Source of the DNA: Rebecca billardiae RCC1528
Taxonomy: Eukaryota > Protista > Haptophyta
Direction of reading: 5' to 3'
DNA: 64,000 bases
Assembly: GCA_965240325.2 (NCBI GenBank)
Contig: OZ251224.1
Location: 3,224,001 to 3,288,000, forward strand
The number at the start of each line of letters is the position of its first letter. The stretch's first letter is position 1. Under the pieces are notes generated by a model. It saw only the letters and a program-made list of their open reading frames with translations, did not search any database and was not told the DNA's origin. This document shows, one piece after another, positions 54,335 to 64,000 of this stretch. The translations under genes and the position numbers were made by a program.

Positions 54335-56290
54335 GATACTGGGTGTGTTGGGGACGCGCGCGCGCCGTCGGTGTCAGCCGAGGGCGCCGGCACGCCCGGG
54401 CGCGAGCCCATCTCCCGAGGCGCTAAACAGGGCTGCTCACCTGCGGCTCGCCGACACCAGATTGTCGGGCGCACGGGCCATCTCCGGCGGCGATCTGCGC
54501 GGGCAACGCGACCGGGGTTGGAGGGTCAGCGCGGAGCCCCGAGCCCCACGCGCCGCGTGCGCTCCGTCCCCCGCGCCCGCGCACCCGTCGAGGTAGTACA
54601 TCGGGCAGCTGTGCCCACAGCAGTGGTTAGGCTCGTGAAAGGGCTGGCACGCTCTGGCCCGGTTCGGGTCAGCCGAGCAAGGGCCAACGGCGGTAGGCCC
54701 TTTTCGGCCGCAACGGGTGGTGCGTGCTTACGCCCGCTCAGATGCGGCAGCGGGCGCGGCTTCGCGAGGGGTCGCGAGGCCGCGCGAGTCTGTTGCGCAA
54801 CTTACAAACTGTCGGCGACGAGGGAGTCTGAACCGGAACGGCACGCGTGGTTGACGTAACCGGCCAGTGGTCCGGATGAATCTCCGACTGGTGCTTCCGG
54901 ACTTCTCACCGAGAAGCGCCGGAACGGCGGAACCGGCAGCCGCGCCGGCCCGGCCTCTCTCGGCCGGCGCGTGGTCACGGCGCTGTCCGCCCCGGATCGG
55001 GCGGTGCTCACGTCACCGGCCCGGCTCGATGACGAGCGCCGTCTTGCCTTTACGCGACCAGCGAAGACGATCCGCCAGCTTGTCCCACCGATGCCAGCCA
55101 CGCGGCGCTACTCCCTCAGCGCCGCGCGGCGCGGGCCAAGACGACTTGTGTCATCCTCAGCCATAGCCAGATGCGCTACGCACATGTTTCGTGCGGGCCG
55201 GAGCCCGGAGGGCCGGCCCACACCCGTAGAACGGGAGTCCACTGGCATTCGGCTGAGCGGAGTGATGGACGTGATCGTCAACTGGTGCACGCGACTCGCT
55301 TACCTTCGAGGCGAGCTTGTCACGGTGGCCGTGATTGATAGCTCCGCACAGCATCATGTAGCAAGCACAGACGCGCAGACCACTGCGCACGCCCTCTCCT
55401 TTTCCACATCGGCGCCGGCAGTAATGGACTCAGCTGAGGCTCCACCACGGCGCCGACTCGGCGACTCTTCCTCTGCGGGCTGGGCCGACGTGCGATGATG
55501 CATCATGATGATGACGCCGCTAGATCTGCGGAGATGCATCACAAGAACTCGGATTGCTGAATCTGTCGAGCAGACTTATCTGAGACACTCACTAGCTGAG
55601 TACAGTAGAAAGTATAGTAGTAGTATGCGACAGTAGTGAACACCATCCGAAGCTCAAGTCATCCGGCCGCGCACCGCGCGAACCGGAGTGCCATCAATCC
55701 CGCGGCGCGCAGTGGCTACGTGATGGCCGGCCTCAGTAGAGCTCGTCGAAGCTGCTGCTGAGCTCAACGCGTCGCTGCGGTGCGCAGGAGGCGGGGCTGT
55801 GGACGAGCTCGGCAGCGGCATCAGGCTCAGCTGAGCATTTTGCCGTCTCTCAGCGGGCTTGCTGATGAGCGCTAGCTGCGCCCGAGACCATCCGCTGGGG
55901 TGAGGGCGGCGGCTGCCTCCCAGCTGTTGCTGCTCGTCACGTCTGTGAGCCCGGGGTACCTCGGCGCCCAGTTCACGCCCGTGGCTAGCGGCCCTGAGCG
56001 CGAGCGCATCTCCGTCAGGAATGGCCGCTGCGCTACTACGCTGGTCGGAGCGCTTGTCTCAGCCTCGTCACGACATGTTTGGCCGCTTGACGCCTCGGTG
56101 GCCATCAATACGACGCGCACGAGTGGCAGCGGTATTAAGCTGACGCCGCTGGACGCATGCGCCGTTTACATCCTGGGCATCAACGTGGAGCTGCGCGTCA
56201 GCTTCGCTCGAGCTGACAAGTCCGCCATGCTGTACTGTAAGCACTGTACCTCCCTCGGCTCAACTTTGATGCTTGGGGATTCCACCGCAG

Positions 56291-56340
56291 TAATCTCGCC
56301 TGCCTGAGCTGTGTGCGTCTCTTATTCTTAGTAAACTGTA
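56291..56340 (-). repeat. 50-bp dispersed element, family 2 (inverted copy)
   Basis: Reverse complement is 50/50 identical to 41530-41579; ~210 bp upstream of the F-box ATG. Confidence 0.92.
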
Positions 56341-56552
56341 GCGCGAGCAGACGTTTTGTATCACCCAAAGCAAGGAGACTTTAAAAAACCACACCCCTTG
56401 CCCAAAGAAGCGTTTTCCCGGTCCGCTACAGATACGGTTTAGAAGATCGAAACGCCCAGTCTGAATCGGCCGCAAAGTTTGTGGCTGAACCGCCTTCGTC
56501 GCTCGGCGGGACCAAACCTCACGAACGCCGCGCCGTCGCCCTCCGTGCGGGC

Positions 56553-57476
56553 ATGTCGTCCCTCGAGTCCTTGCCGCTCGAGCTGCAGGCAGAGGTTTGC
56601 GCGCTGCTGGACGACAAGTCGCTGTGCAAGCTGGCCGGAGCGAGCCGCACGACCAACACCACCGTACACCTCCAATGGGAGTCGCGCTTCGCCACGTCGA
56701 TCGGGGATGCCGCCTCCTTGCGAGCGGCTGACGTCTCGCTGGGCGACACCTTCGTGAGCTCGTGCACCGGGGAGCGCCTGCTGCAGCGCCTGGGGAAGCT
56801 GGGTACGAGGAAGTCGCTATGCCTGTGGGTGAAGGTCCTGTGCGCCATGTGCAACGACGGCTCCTACATCTCGGGTCGGCCGCGCCTTTTTGGCGCGGAG
56901 CTGTACGGGGAGATCGCGCGCAAGCACGGCTGGCGGAAGCTGTACGAGACGGTGCACCGGCGGACGTGCGCCGACTGTGGCGTGGCGACCGCGCTTGTCC
57001 ACGTCCAGACGTGCAAGCGCGTGTGCCAGGGCTGCTTCGCTTCCAACGGCCCGAAGCGCCTATCGAGCGATCCGGCGGAGAACGGTCTGGAGGCACTCGG
57101 CGTCTGGTTTGACTGCGCACAGGTGCCTGGCCACAGGAAGCCACTACGGGGCTGCGTCACGTCTGAGCACGCCACGCATCGGGCCACCAGCCAGAAGGTG
57201 CGCAAGGATGACGTGGACGACATCAAGCTCGACGCTCTCTCGCTGAGTGACTGCGAGCCGAAGCGGTTCAAGCACCGGCGCATGCACTCGCCAAGCTGCT
57301 CCAACGGCATGCGCGCGCGCGCGCACCTCGCAACGAGTCCAGTGGTGCCCCTGTGCCGTGCCCTTGCGGTCGGCGGCAAAATGCTAGCTGCTCAGAACGC
57401 ACCCGCGCTCATCCTCTGGGGACCGCAGGCGCACGTCGACGAGTGGGAGGCAGGCTGCAGCGCGCCTTCGTGCTGA
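56553..57476 (+). CDS. F-box protein with a CxxC...CxxC zinc-binding motif
   Basis: N-terminal LESLPLELQAEVCALLDDKSLCKLAGASR...W; CADC...CKRVCQGC. Confidence 0.72.
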   Translation: MSSLESLPLELQAEVCALLDDKSLCKLAGASRTTNTTVHLQWESRFATSIGDAASLRAADVSLGDTFVSSCTGERLLQRLGKLGTRKSLCLWVKVLCAMCNDGSYISGRPRLFGAELYGEIARKHGWRKLYETVHRRTCADCGVATALVHVQTCKRVCQGCFASNGPKRLSSDPAENGLEALGVWFDCAQVPGHRKPLRGCVTSEHATHRATSQKVRKDDVDDIKLDALSLSDCEPKRFKHRRMHSPSCSNGMRARAHLATSPVVPLCRALAVGGKMLAAQNAPALILWGPQAHVDEWEAGCSAPSC

Positions 57477-57897
57477 TGCCGATGGTGGCGTCAGCTGGCT
57501 CAGCTGCTCGTCAGTTTCGAATGCCATCTTGAGTCTGACGACGACTCCGACGACGGCGGCAAAGTACAGAATCGACGATGACGATCGCGAAGTGCAAGAG
57601 AGGGAGAGACGAGAGAGAGAAAGAGATCAGAGAGAGATCGACGAGAGAGAGAGGCGGACTTAAGCTAAGCTAATCCGCGAGCCCGAGGGCGGCCGGCCGA
57701 GCAGGCGAGCTACGGACGACTCAGACTGTGTAGATAGACGGTACGTAGTCTGTAGAGTGTCAGACGAGACTGAGACTGAGTGAGCCATCAGAGAGACAGA
57801 GAGTGAATATAGTGTCTTAGTGATACAGTAAAAGTGACTGCCGACGACAATGGGTGCGATATGGGCATGGCCTGAGAGACTGACGAATATGATCTGA

Positions 57898-57936
<39 letters not shown>

Positions 57937-57948
57937 GGGGCGTTGCGC

Positions 57949-60403
57949 CAAGGGGCTTACAAAATACCACTGGGGGCGAAACACAGCTGTCGGATGAGAT
58001 GTACATGAGACGGAAAGTGTCCGGTCAGCGGAAAACACTGTGCGAGAAGTTTGAATCCGGGAAAGCGGGTAGATCTGTCGTGACCTCATCATGGCCCGCG
58101 GTGCAGGGCGGAGCGCGTAGCGTGGAGCCCCGCCGGGGGCCCTCACTACGTTGTCAAAAAGATCTTTTGATCAAAGAAAAGGGGATGGGGGACGATTTTG
58201 AGGGCTGTTGGAGGGTGAGTTTTCGACTTTTTGAGGGGGGTATGCTGTCCATCACAGCTTAAAAGGCCGCGCCCGCTGCAATTCTTGTATCTACTATGGA
58301 CGGACGTGGGATCAGATACCCCGGGGGTGAAACAAGTGAGTATTCCTATCCCTCTTGTATGCTGAAGTACGAGTTTGCCGAGCGACGTTTGATTGTTTTG
58401 GGTCGAAAACAGCTATGAAGCCAGATTCTTTTGAATAGTGCTTGTTCAAATACGTTACCCGTCTGTCTCGATGGATGAACCGCCTCGTCATATTAAAAGA
58501 GATTCTTTTCAATAGCGCTTGTCCAACCAAGTTACCCGCCTGCCTCGATGGACGAACCTCCTCATAATATTGAAAGAGATTCTTTTGAATAGCGCTATTT
58601 AAAGCCAGTTACCCGCTTGCCTCGATGGATGAACCTCGTCCTGTACTCCTGTGCCATAAGTCCATAATGAAAGAGAGGCGCTTGTGAAAACAGGTTACCC
58701 GCCCGCCAGCGTTTATTGCGGGAGGCGCGACACGCCCGAGGCAGCGGGCGAGGATGCCGTGCAAAGGCGTGCGCGCCGCGCCGGTGCCCTCGCGCCGGTG
58801 GCGTGGGCTGGCTGGCTGCTGGTCTCGCCCACGCGCCCCACTCGCCCCAAGCGCGCAACGCCTGCGGGAAGCGCCGGCACCATACCTAACTAACCTGCGC
58901 GTCGACGCCCGTCCTGCCGCGGCCCGCGCCCTCTGATCGATCGTCGATCGGACCGCGTGCGTGCGACTCCGTCCGCGCCCGCGCGCAGGGTGGGAGGGGC
59001 TGATGCAGGAGCAGATGCAGGACTACCTCGAAATTGCACGCGACGAGGAGGTGCCCAGCGCGCACTTTACGCTGCGCGCATCATCGAGTGGTCGCCCAGC
59101 GAGCGCGGGCAGCCGCACCGCCGCCGGCTGACGGCGGGCGCAGCAGCGGCGCAGCTGCCAGCTGCGGACGCGCAGCGGGCGCGGAGTGGAGGCCGGCGCG
59201 GCGGCCGGGCAGCGGCGGCCGGCGCGGCAGCACGCTCGTATACATCGCGGCAGCTACCGCCGTCGTGCGGGGAAAGCACACGCTCTCCGCGGCTTCCAAG
59301 ATGCCGACGGGCCACGGCGTGCAGGCTGCGTGCGCGCTGCAGTGGCTGTGTCGAGCTGCCTGCGGCGTGTGCTCGAGGCGCGGCGCTCGCACGGGCTACG
59401 CGGGCGCAGCGGGTGCGCGCAGCTGGCGCACGCAGTGCCACGTCCTGCGGCGCCAGTTTGGCGGCCGTCCGCCCCCCCGAGCTCGAGTTCTGCGCGCTTT
59501 GCGACGGCGCGGCCGGCCGCGCCCATCTGCCTGCTTGCTTGGGCACGCCAGCATGGCCGCCGCCGGGCCTGCTACGCGCGCCGAAGCTGGAGGGCGGAGG
59601 AGGGCGCTGGGCTGCTCCTACGGCGTGCTGCAGCCCGGGCAGGCTCTACCGCGGCGCGGCGAGGCCGTCGCGCCTGCTCGCCGCCGTCGAGTCGCCCGTG
59701 CTGCGTGACCCTCGGCCGCACGTGCTCGGCGGCACCGCAGCAGGCGTCCCATACCACGGTATGCTCGAGCCGCTGTGCGCACCCAAGGCGCGAGCTGCTC
59801 GAGCGGGCCAGGTGGGCCCAGGGGGTGCGCGCAGCTGGCACACGCAGCCCCGCGTCATGGGGTGTCGGTTTGACGGTCGCCAGCCCCTGTGGGCTCGAGC
59901 GCTGTGCGCTTCACCACGGAGGTGCCGGCAGCGCCCCGCGGCGCGCAACGGCGGGGCAGCATGGCCGCCGCCGGCGCCGCCGCACATGCCGCCGCTTACG
60001 GGCAGTCGAGAGCTTGGGGCAGCACCTACGGCGCATGCTGCAGCTCGGGCGGGCTCTGCCAGCCTGCTGTGGCGTGATCGCGCATTTTCCAGACCGTCGA
60101 CTCGCCCGCGCTGCATAATATTCCATTATTCGTTTGCCGCGCGTGCTCGACGGCGCTCCGCGCTGCTGCTGCCGCTACGGCCGCGCGTTGGACGGACAGC
60201 ATATGCCGACGGAGGGTGCACCGCGGGCCCCTAACTACGTTGGTTCTATGGAAGGACCGCGGAACGCGGTCATATTCTTCCCAGGCATTCCTGTGTTTTC
60301 CTCATACGAGCTCCCGGACACTTTCCGTCTCATGTACATCGCATCCGACGGGGCTCCTCACTGGCGCTTTCGCCCCCAGTGGTATTTTGTAAGTCGCCCC
60401 TTG
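57949..60403. mobile_element. P-element-like MITE (~274 bp: 57949-58091 plus 60273-60403) with 7-bp TSD, interrupted by the 2.2-kb element
   Basis: Long imperfect TIRs (CAAGGGG...TTACAAAATACCACTGGGGGCGAAA...GATGTACATGAGACGGAAAGTGTCCGG); GTTGCGC duplicated at 57942-57948 and 60404-60410. Confidence 0.82.
58092..60272. mobile_element. Third, uninterrupted 2181-bp copy of the non-autonomous element
   Basis: Nearly identical to 43808-45992, with the same ends (A|TGGCCC...GCGGTCA|T). Confidence 0.9.
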
Positions 60404-60589
60404 GTTGCGCCAGCTCAAGCTGGATGGACAAACACTGCTCCCGTCGTCTCTTCTGCCTGGACATGCTCAGATGCTGCGGGTTCTTCGCGTTAGTGATTGA
60501 TTGATAGCTGCTTATAATTAGTGTCCAGCTGGCGCAATATAACGCTCCGGAGCCGAGACGACTGAGAACCCACCTTCAACTTGCGGGAC

Positions 60590-60770
<181 letters not shown>

Positions 60771-60823
60771 GAGAGTGAGATATGGTTGTCATCGAGTCGA
60801 TCATCAGCCATCAGGCTTCGTCA

Positions 60824-61996
60824 TCAACTAGTCGTTACATCATCCACATCATCATTATCGTCTCCACCGCCTGCTGCACGCGCACGCGTGTTGAGCTCGC
60901 CAAAGTACGCCATGATAGCCTTCGGCCGCCCGTTGAGCACGCAGCTCTCCACCTCGACCGAAGCTCGCCAACGCTTTCCCTGCATGCCGCCCATCTGTGA
61001 CAGCTGCAGGTCATCGGCCGTGCGGGGGAGATAGTAGCCCACGTGCGGTGTGATGCCTAGCGCCAAGCGCAGCAGCTCGAAGCCGTCGAGGCCGCCCATC
61101 TGGCGCGCATCGAACGACTCGGCGTCTTGGTAGCTCGGGCCACCCCACGGCGGCGACAGGAAAACCACATCCGCGCGCAGCCTGGGTGCAAGGGCGGTGA
61201 AGTCACCGTGGATGAACTCGATGCGATCGGCAACACCGTACACGCGCGCGTTGTCTCGCGTGAGCTGCAGCCTGTGCAGGTCGATGTCGATGGCGACGAC
61301 GCGCTCGCACATCATCGCGAATTGAATCGCATTCCCACCCACGCCCGCAAACGGGTCGAGCACCAGATCGCATTGGCATCGGTGCGCGATGTGCCGCGCG
61401 AGCCGCTCAGGCGTGACTGAGAACCAGCCCTCCTCGTCCATCCGGATGCCATCGTCAAACCGCGACCAGAGCGAGTAGCGCTGCGGCCAGTACTTGCCCG
61501 CCGCTGCCGCAGCGGGCGTAGGGGCCGCAGCCTCGGCGGGCGCGTCCTCTCGCTGTGCCGGTGGCAGCTCGGCACGCGCCGAGTCGCGCTCGTCCAGAGC
61601 TGACGCGTGGCTCCCTGCGGCGAGAGTCAGCTCCCAGTTGCCCGCAACATCAATGAGCATCGCGTCTGACGAGCGTAGCTGGGCCAGCGAGATCGTGCCG
61701 TCAGCCGTGCAAAGCCCTTGGACGAAGAGCCCGTTCTGTTTGGCGTCGCACGCGACCAGCGTGCCCGACACTCGCGTCTGGTCGTGCATGAGGACATCCA
61801 CGCGTGAGCCCATGATCTTCCGCCAGACATCCAGCGTGCGAATGCGCTGGCGCCCGCGCGAAGCCTGGCCCTGCGCATCCTCTGCTCGCCTTCCGCTCGG
61901 GGCCAGGCCTGCCTCTGCCCGGGCGTGAGCCTCCGGCTTGGCCAGGCCCCCATCACGCATTGTCCGACGCGTGTGATGCACGGCGCAGTCCGACAT
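60824..61996 (-). CDS. TGS1: Trimethylguanosine synthase with an N-terminal Gemin7-like Sm-fold domain
   Basis: KYWPQRYSLWSRFDDG, EGWFSVTPE, DPFAGVGGNAIQFA, VFLSPPWGGP; N-terminal GSRVDVLMHDQTRVSGTLVACD...FVQGLCTADGTISLAQLRSSD. Confidence 0.92.
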   Translation of the reverse strand: MSDCAVHHTRRTMRDGGLAKPEAHARAEAGLAPSGRRAEDAQGQASRGRQRIRTLDVWRKIMGSRVDVLMHDQTRVSGTLVACDAKQNGLFVQGLCTADGTISLAQLRSSDAMLIDVAGNWELTLAAGSHASALDERDSARAELPPAQREDAPAEAAAPTPAAAAAGKYWPQRYSLWSRFDDGIRMDEEGWFSVTPERLARHIAHRCQCDLVLDPFAGVGGNAIQFAMMCERVVAIDIDLHRLQLTRDNARVYGVADRIEFIHGDFTALAPRLRADVVFLSPPWGGPSYQDAESFDARQMGGLDGFELLRLALGITPHVGYYLPRTADDLQLSQMGGMQGKRWRASVEVESCVLNGRPKAIMAYFGELNTRARAAGGGDDNDDVDDVTTS

Positions 61997-62231
61997 GCTG
62001 GACGTCGTCGGCGTCCTTTCCAGCCAGGAGCTTTTTTACTTTTTGACGATCCTCGGATTGTCGTCAATGGCAATGGCCGCCCGGCGGCTTGTTCATCAGC
62101 TTGCCGGTGGTCCTGCGTGTGACCCTACTGTAGCTCCATTTTCTGACCAGTCCGTCCTCTCGGCGTGCCGGCGCGCGGAGCATGCAGTCTAGCGACGTTG
62201 CAGGAGGCATGCGGTACATTCGAGATGTCCT

Positions 62232-64000
62232 TCAAGGCGGCGCGAATTGAAGGCTGGATGACGGCGCGGAGGCGACGCCGTGGGGGTGCAGGTAGGGCGC
62301 CGAACGAGACACACCTCGGGCGCGGCGGCGACGACCACCGACGATGGCGGGTGGCTTGGCGCGCTTTCCGCCGAGCTTATGGCCGCCATGCTCACACGGC
62401 GTCGTGTGCGGAGCTGTCGTTCCGCACGCGATGGCGTCGACGGCCGCTGGTGGCTGCAGCTGCAGCGATTCGCGATCGTGTGCGGCCGAGGTAGCCGCAA
62501 TGTCGCACTCGCCGCGGGTGTCCACAGCAGAGGCCGTGCCCCAGTCGAAGGCCGCCGGGTCTGGCTCGAGGCTGTACAACTCGGCCATGTGCCCGTCCCG
62601 AGCGAGTGCCTCCGCCATCGTCACCGAGGACGGCTGGCACGTCACAGCCCACTCCGGCAGCGGCGACTCGTCACAGCGCGCCTTCTTGCTCGCGCGGGCA
62701 TGCCCGGGCATGCCGAACGGCGCGCTGCTGCACTGCGCGATTCCTCTCACGAGGCGCTTCGGCCTGAGGGCGGCGCCCTTGTCTGACCCCTCGTGCGCGC
62801 GATGGACTCGCGATGTCGAGCCCTCGCTCGTCGCGAGCGCGCCCGATGCCGAGCTGTGCGCGTAGGCTGTCGTGCACGGCCCGTCGTGCAGCAGCGTGAG
62901 CAGCGTGCGCCCCTGCGAGCGCGTCTTGAAGTCGAGCTGCAGGGAGCCCGCGATCTTGCGCTCGGCAACGGGCGCAAACCGCTCGCCGAGGTTGTTGTTC
63001 AGCGCGCGAAGTGCGCAGGGTGCCTTGGTCACCGACGCATCTGGCGGGCGCAGCTCGCCTGCCGCCTGAAGCACCTCTGCGCCCGCGTGCCGGGCCACAC
63101 CACCAGCGTCGGCCGCGGGCTGATGGCTGTAGTCGGCCTGCGAGTCAGTGAAGACGTCGTCGAAGAGGTTGATGGGCACGAGGAGCTCGTCGTCATGCGA
63201 CAGCTGCTCGCACGCATCCGTCGCCGCCTCGGCGAGCGCGGTGGCGAGAAAGTCGTAGTCGTCGAATTCATCCGCGATTGGATGATGGCGGCTGCTGGTC
63301 CCGCGCAGCAGGCTGTCCATGAATTCGACGCCCCACGAGAGAAGCTCAGCCTCGTCGTCAGCCGTGGTGTCGGCGGCGAGTGTCTTCCCGTCAACGGACG
63401 CGGCCTGCGTATCGTCTGGCTCGAGTCGCACGCCGTCCGTGTCGTCGTCGATCACCCTGGCTGCAATCGTCACGGGCACCTCCGGCGGCGTGGGAGCCGC
63501 GGCCTCGGCGGTGGTTGGGAACGATGCGGTGCGCGCCGTGTCGCCGGGCTGCGCAGAGGTGGACGGCTCCTCGACGGCAGATGGTGGAGAAGGAGCGAGC
63601 GCGTGAGCTCGTGGCGGGGACGGCTCGAGCGTGGGCTCGGCGTCATCTTCGTCCGGAGTGGGCAGATCTCCGCCCGTGGCGGCGGTGGGAGAGACGAGGG
63701 GCTGGTCCATTGCATCGCCCGGCGCGTTGCTCTCGACGTCAAATGCGCTGCCGAGCGCGCGCCGAGTCGAGCCAGCGCTGCCGGACGCGGACGCAGGCAT
63801 CTCTTCGGCGGGATTCCCTGTGGCCTCCGCATCAGCCGGCTCGCCGGGCTGTGGCAGCGCGTCTGGTGCGTTCAACGGCCGGCGGAGCGGCGGGGGCTCA
63901 GTCGGCGGCGCGTTCCCGAGCGCGCTGGGCGTGCGAACGCCTGGCTTCTCGGCCGGCGGGAGCGCCGCGCCGGGCTGGGATGTGAGCACGGCAGCGGCGA
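62232..64000 (-). CDS. Hypothetical low-complexity acidic/Pro-rich protein, 5' end probably outside the window
   Basis: Open frame of at least 585 codons running to the window edge; no family recognised. Confidence 0.55.
   Translation of the reverse strand, partial: AAAVLTSQPGAALPPAEKPGVRTPSALGNAPPTEPPPLRRPLNAPDALPQPGEPADAEATGNPAEEMPASASGSAGSTRRALGSAFDVESNAPGDAMDQPLVSPTAATGGDLPTPDEDDAEPTLEPSPPRAHALAPSPPSAVEEPSTSAQPGDTARTASFPTTAEAAAPTPPEVPVTIAARVIDDDTDGVRLEPDDTQAASVDGKTLAADTTADDEAELLSWGVEFMDSLLRGTSSRHHPIADEFDDYDFLATALAEAATDACEQLSHDDELLVPINLFDDVFTDSQADYSHQPAADAGGVARHAGAEVLQAAGELRPPDASVTKAPCALRALNNNLGERFAPVAERKIAGSLQLDFKTRSQGRTLLTLLHDGPCTTAYAHSSASGALATSEGSTSRVHRAHEGSDKGAALRPKRLVRGIAQCSSAPFGMPGHARASKKARCDESPLPEWAVTCQPSSVTMAEALARDGHMAELYSLEPDPAAFDWGTASAVDTRGECDIAATSAAHDRESLQLQPPAAVDAIACGTTAPHTTPCEHGGHKLGGKRAKPPAIVGGRRRRARGVSRSAPYLHPHGVASAPSSSLQFAPP

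Noticed and set aside
54800-56300. Short ORFs between MYB and the F-box gene
   Set aside because: No motifs and weak coding bias; a small or spliced gene cannot be excluded.
41530-56340. Identical inverted 50-mers as TIRs of a 14.8-kb giant transposon with a TA duplication
   Set aside because: The interval holds ordinary housekeeping genes and no transposase, and the related family-1 pair has the opposite relative orientation. Independent dispersed copies are the simpler reading.

Overview
Very GC-rich, gene-dense eukaryotic genomic DNA with short GC-rich GT-AG introns and an axonemal dynein, so a flagellated organism. A Pavlovales-type haptophyte is my guess, not something the sequence proves. 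About 18 protein-coding genes are supported: a Sel1-repeat/MYND protein, a globin-cyclodeaminase fusion, an aldo-keto reductase, phytochelatin synthase, a GNAT, a UIM/RUN protein, an outer-arm dynein gamma-type heavy chain, a membrane-anchored TIR-like protein, a Kelch protein, a TMC/OSCA-like channel, an FG-GAP/Cys-rich multipass surface protein, ARPC4, an HPAT-like glycosyltransferase, a 3R-MYB, an F-box protein, a Gemin7-TGS1 fusion and hypotheticals. There are three copies of a ~2.2-kb non-autonomous element with asymmetric inverted repeats and a terminal hairpin. One copy sits inside another copy and one inside a P-element-like MITE with a 7-bp TSD. The best leads are the Gemin7-TGS1 fusion, the globin-cyclodeaminase fusion, the A^T-inserting element, and two short dispersed sequence families that share a TACAGTTTACTA head and lie ~180-210 bp upstream of four different start codons. 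Family calls are from motif recognition and intron calls are manual; no searches were run.
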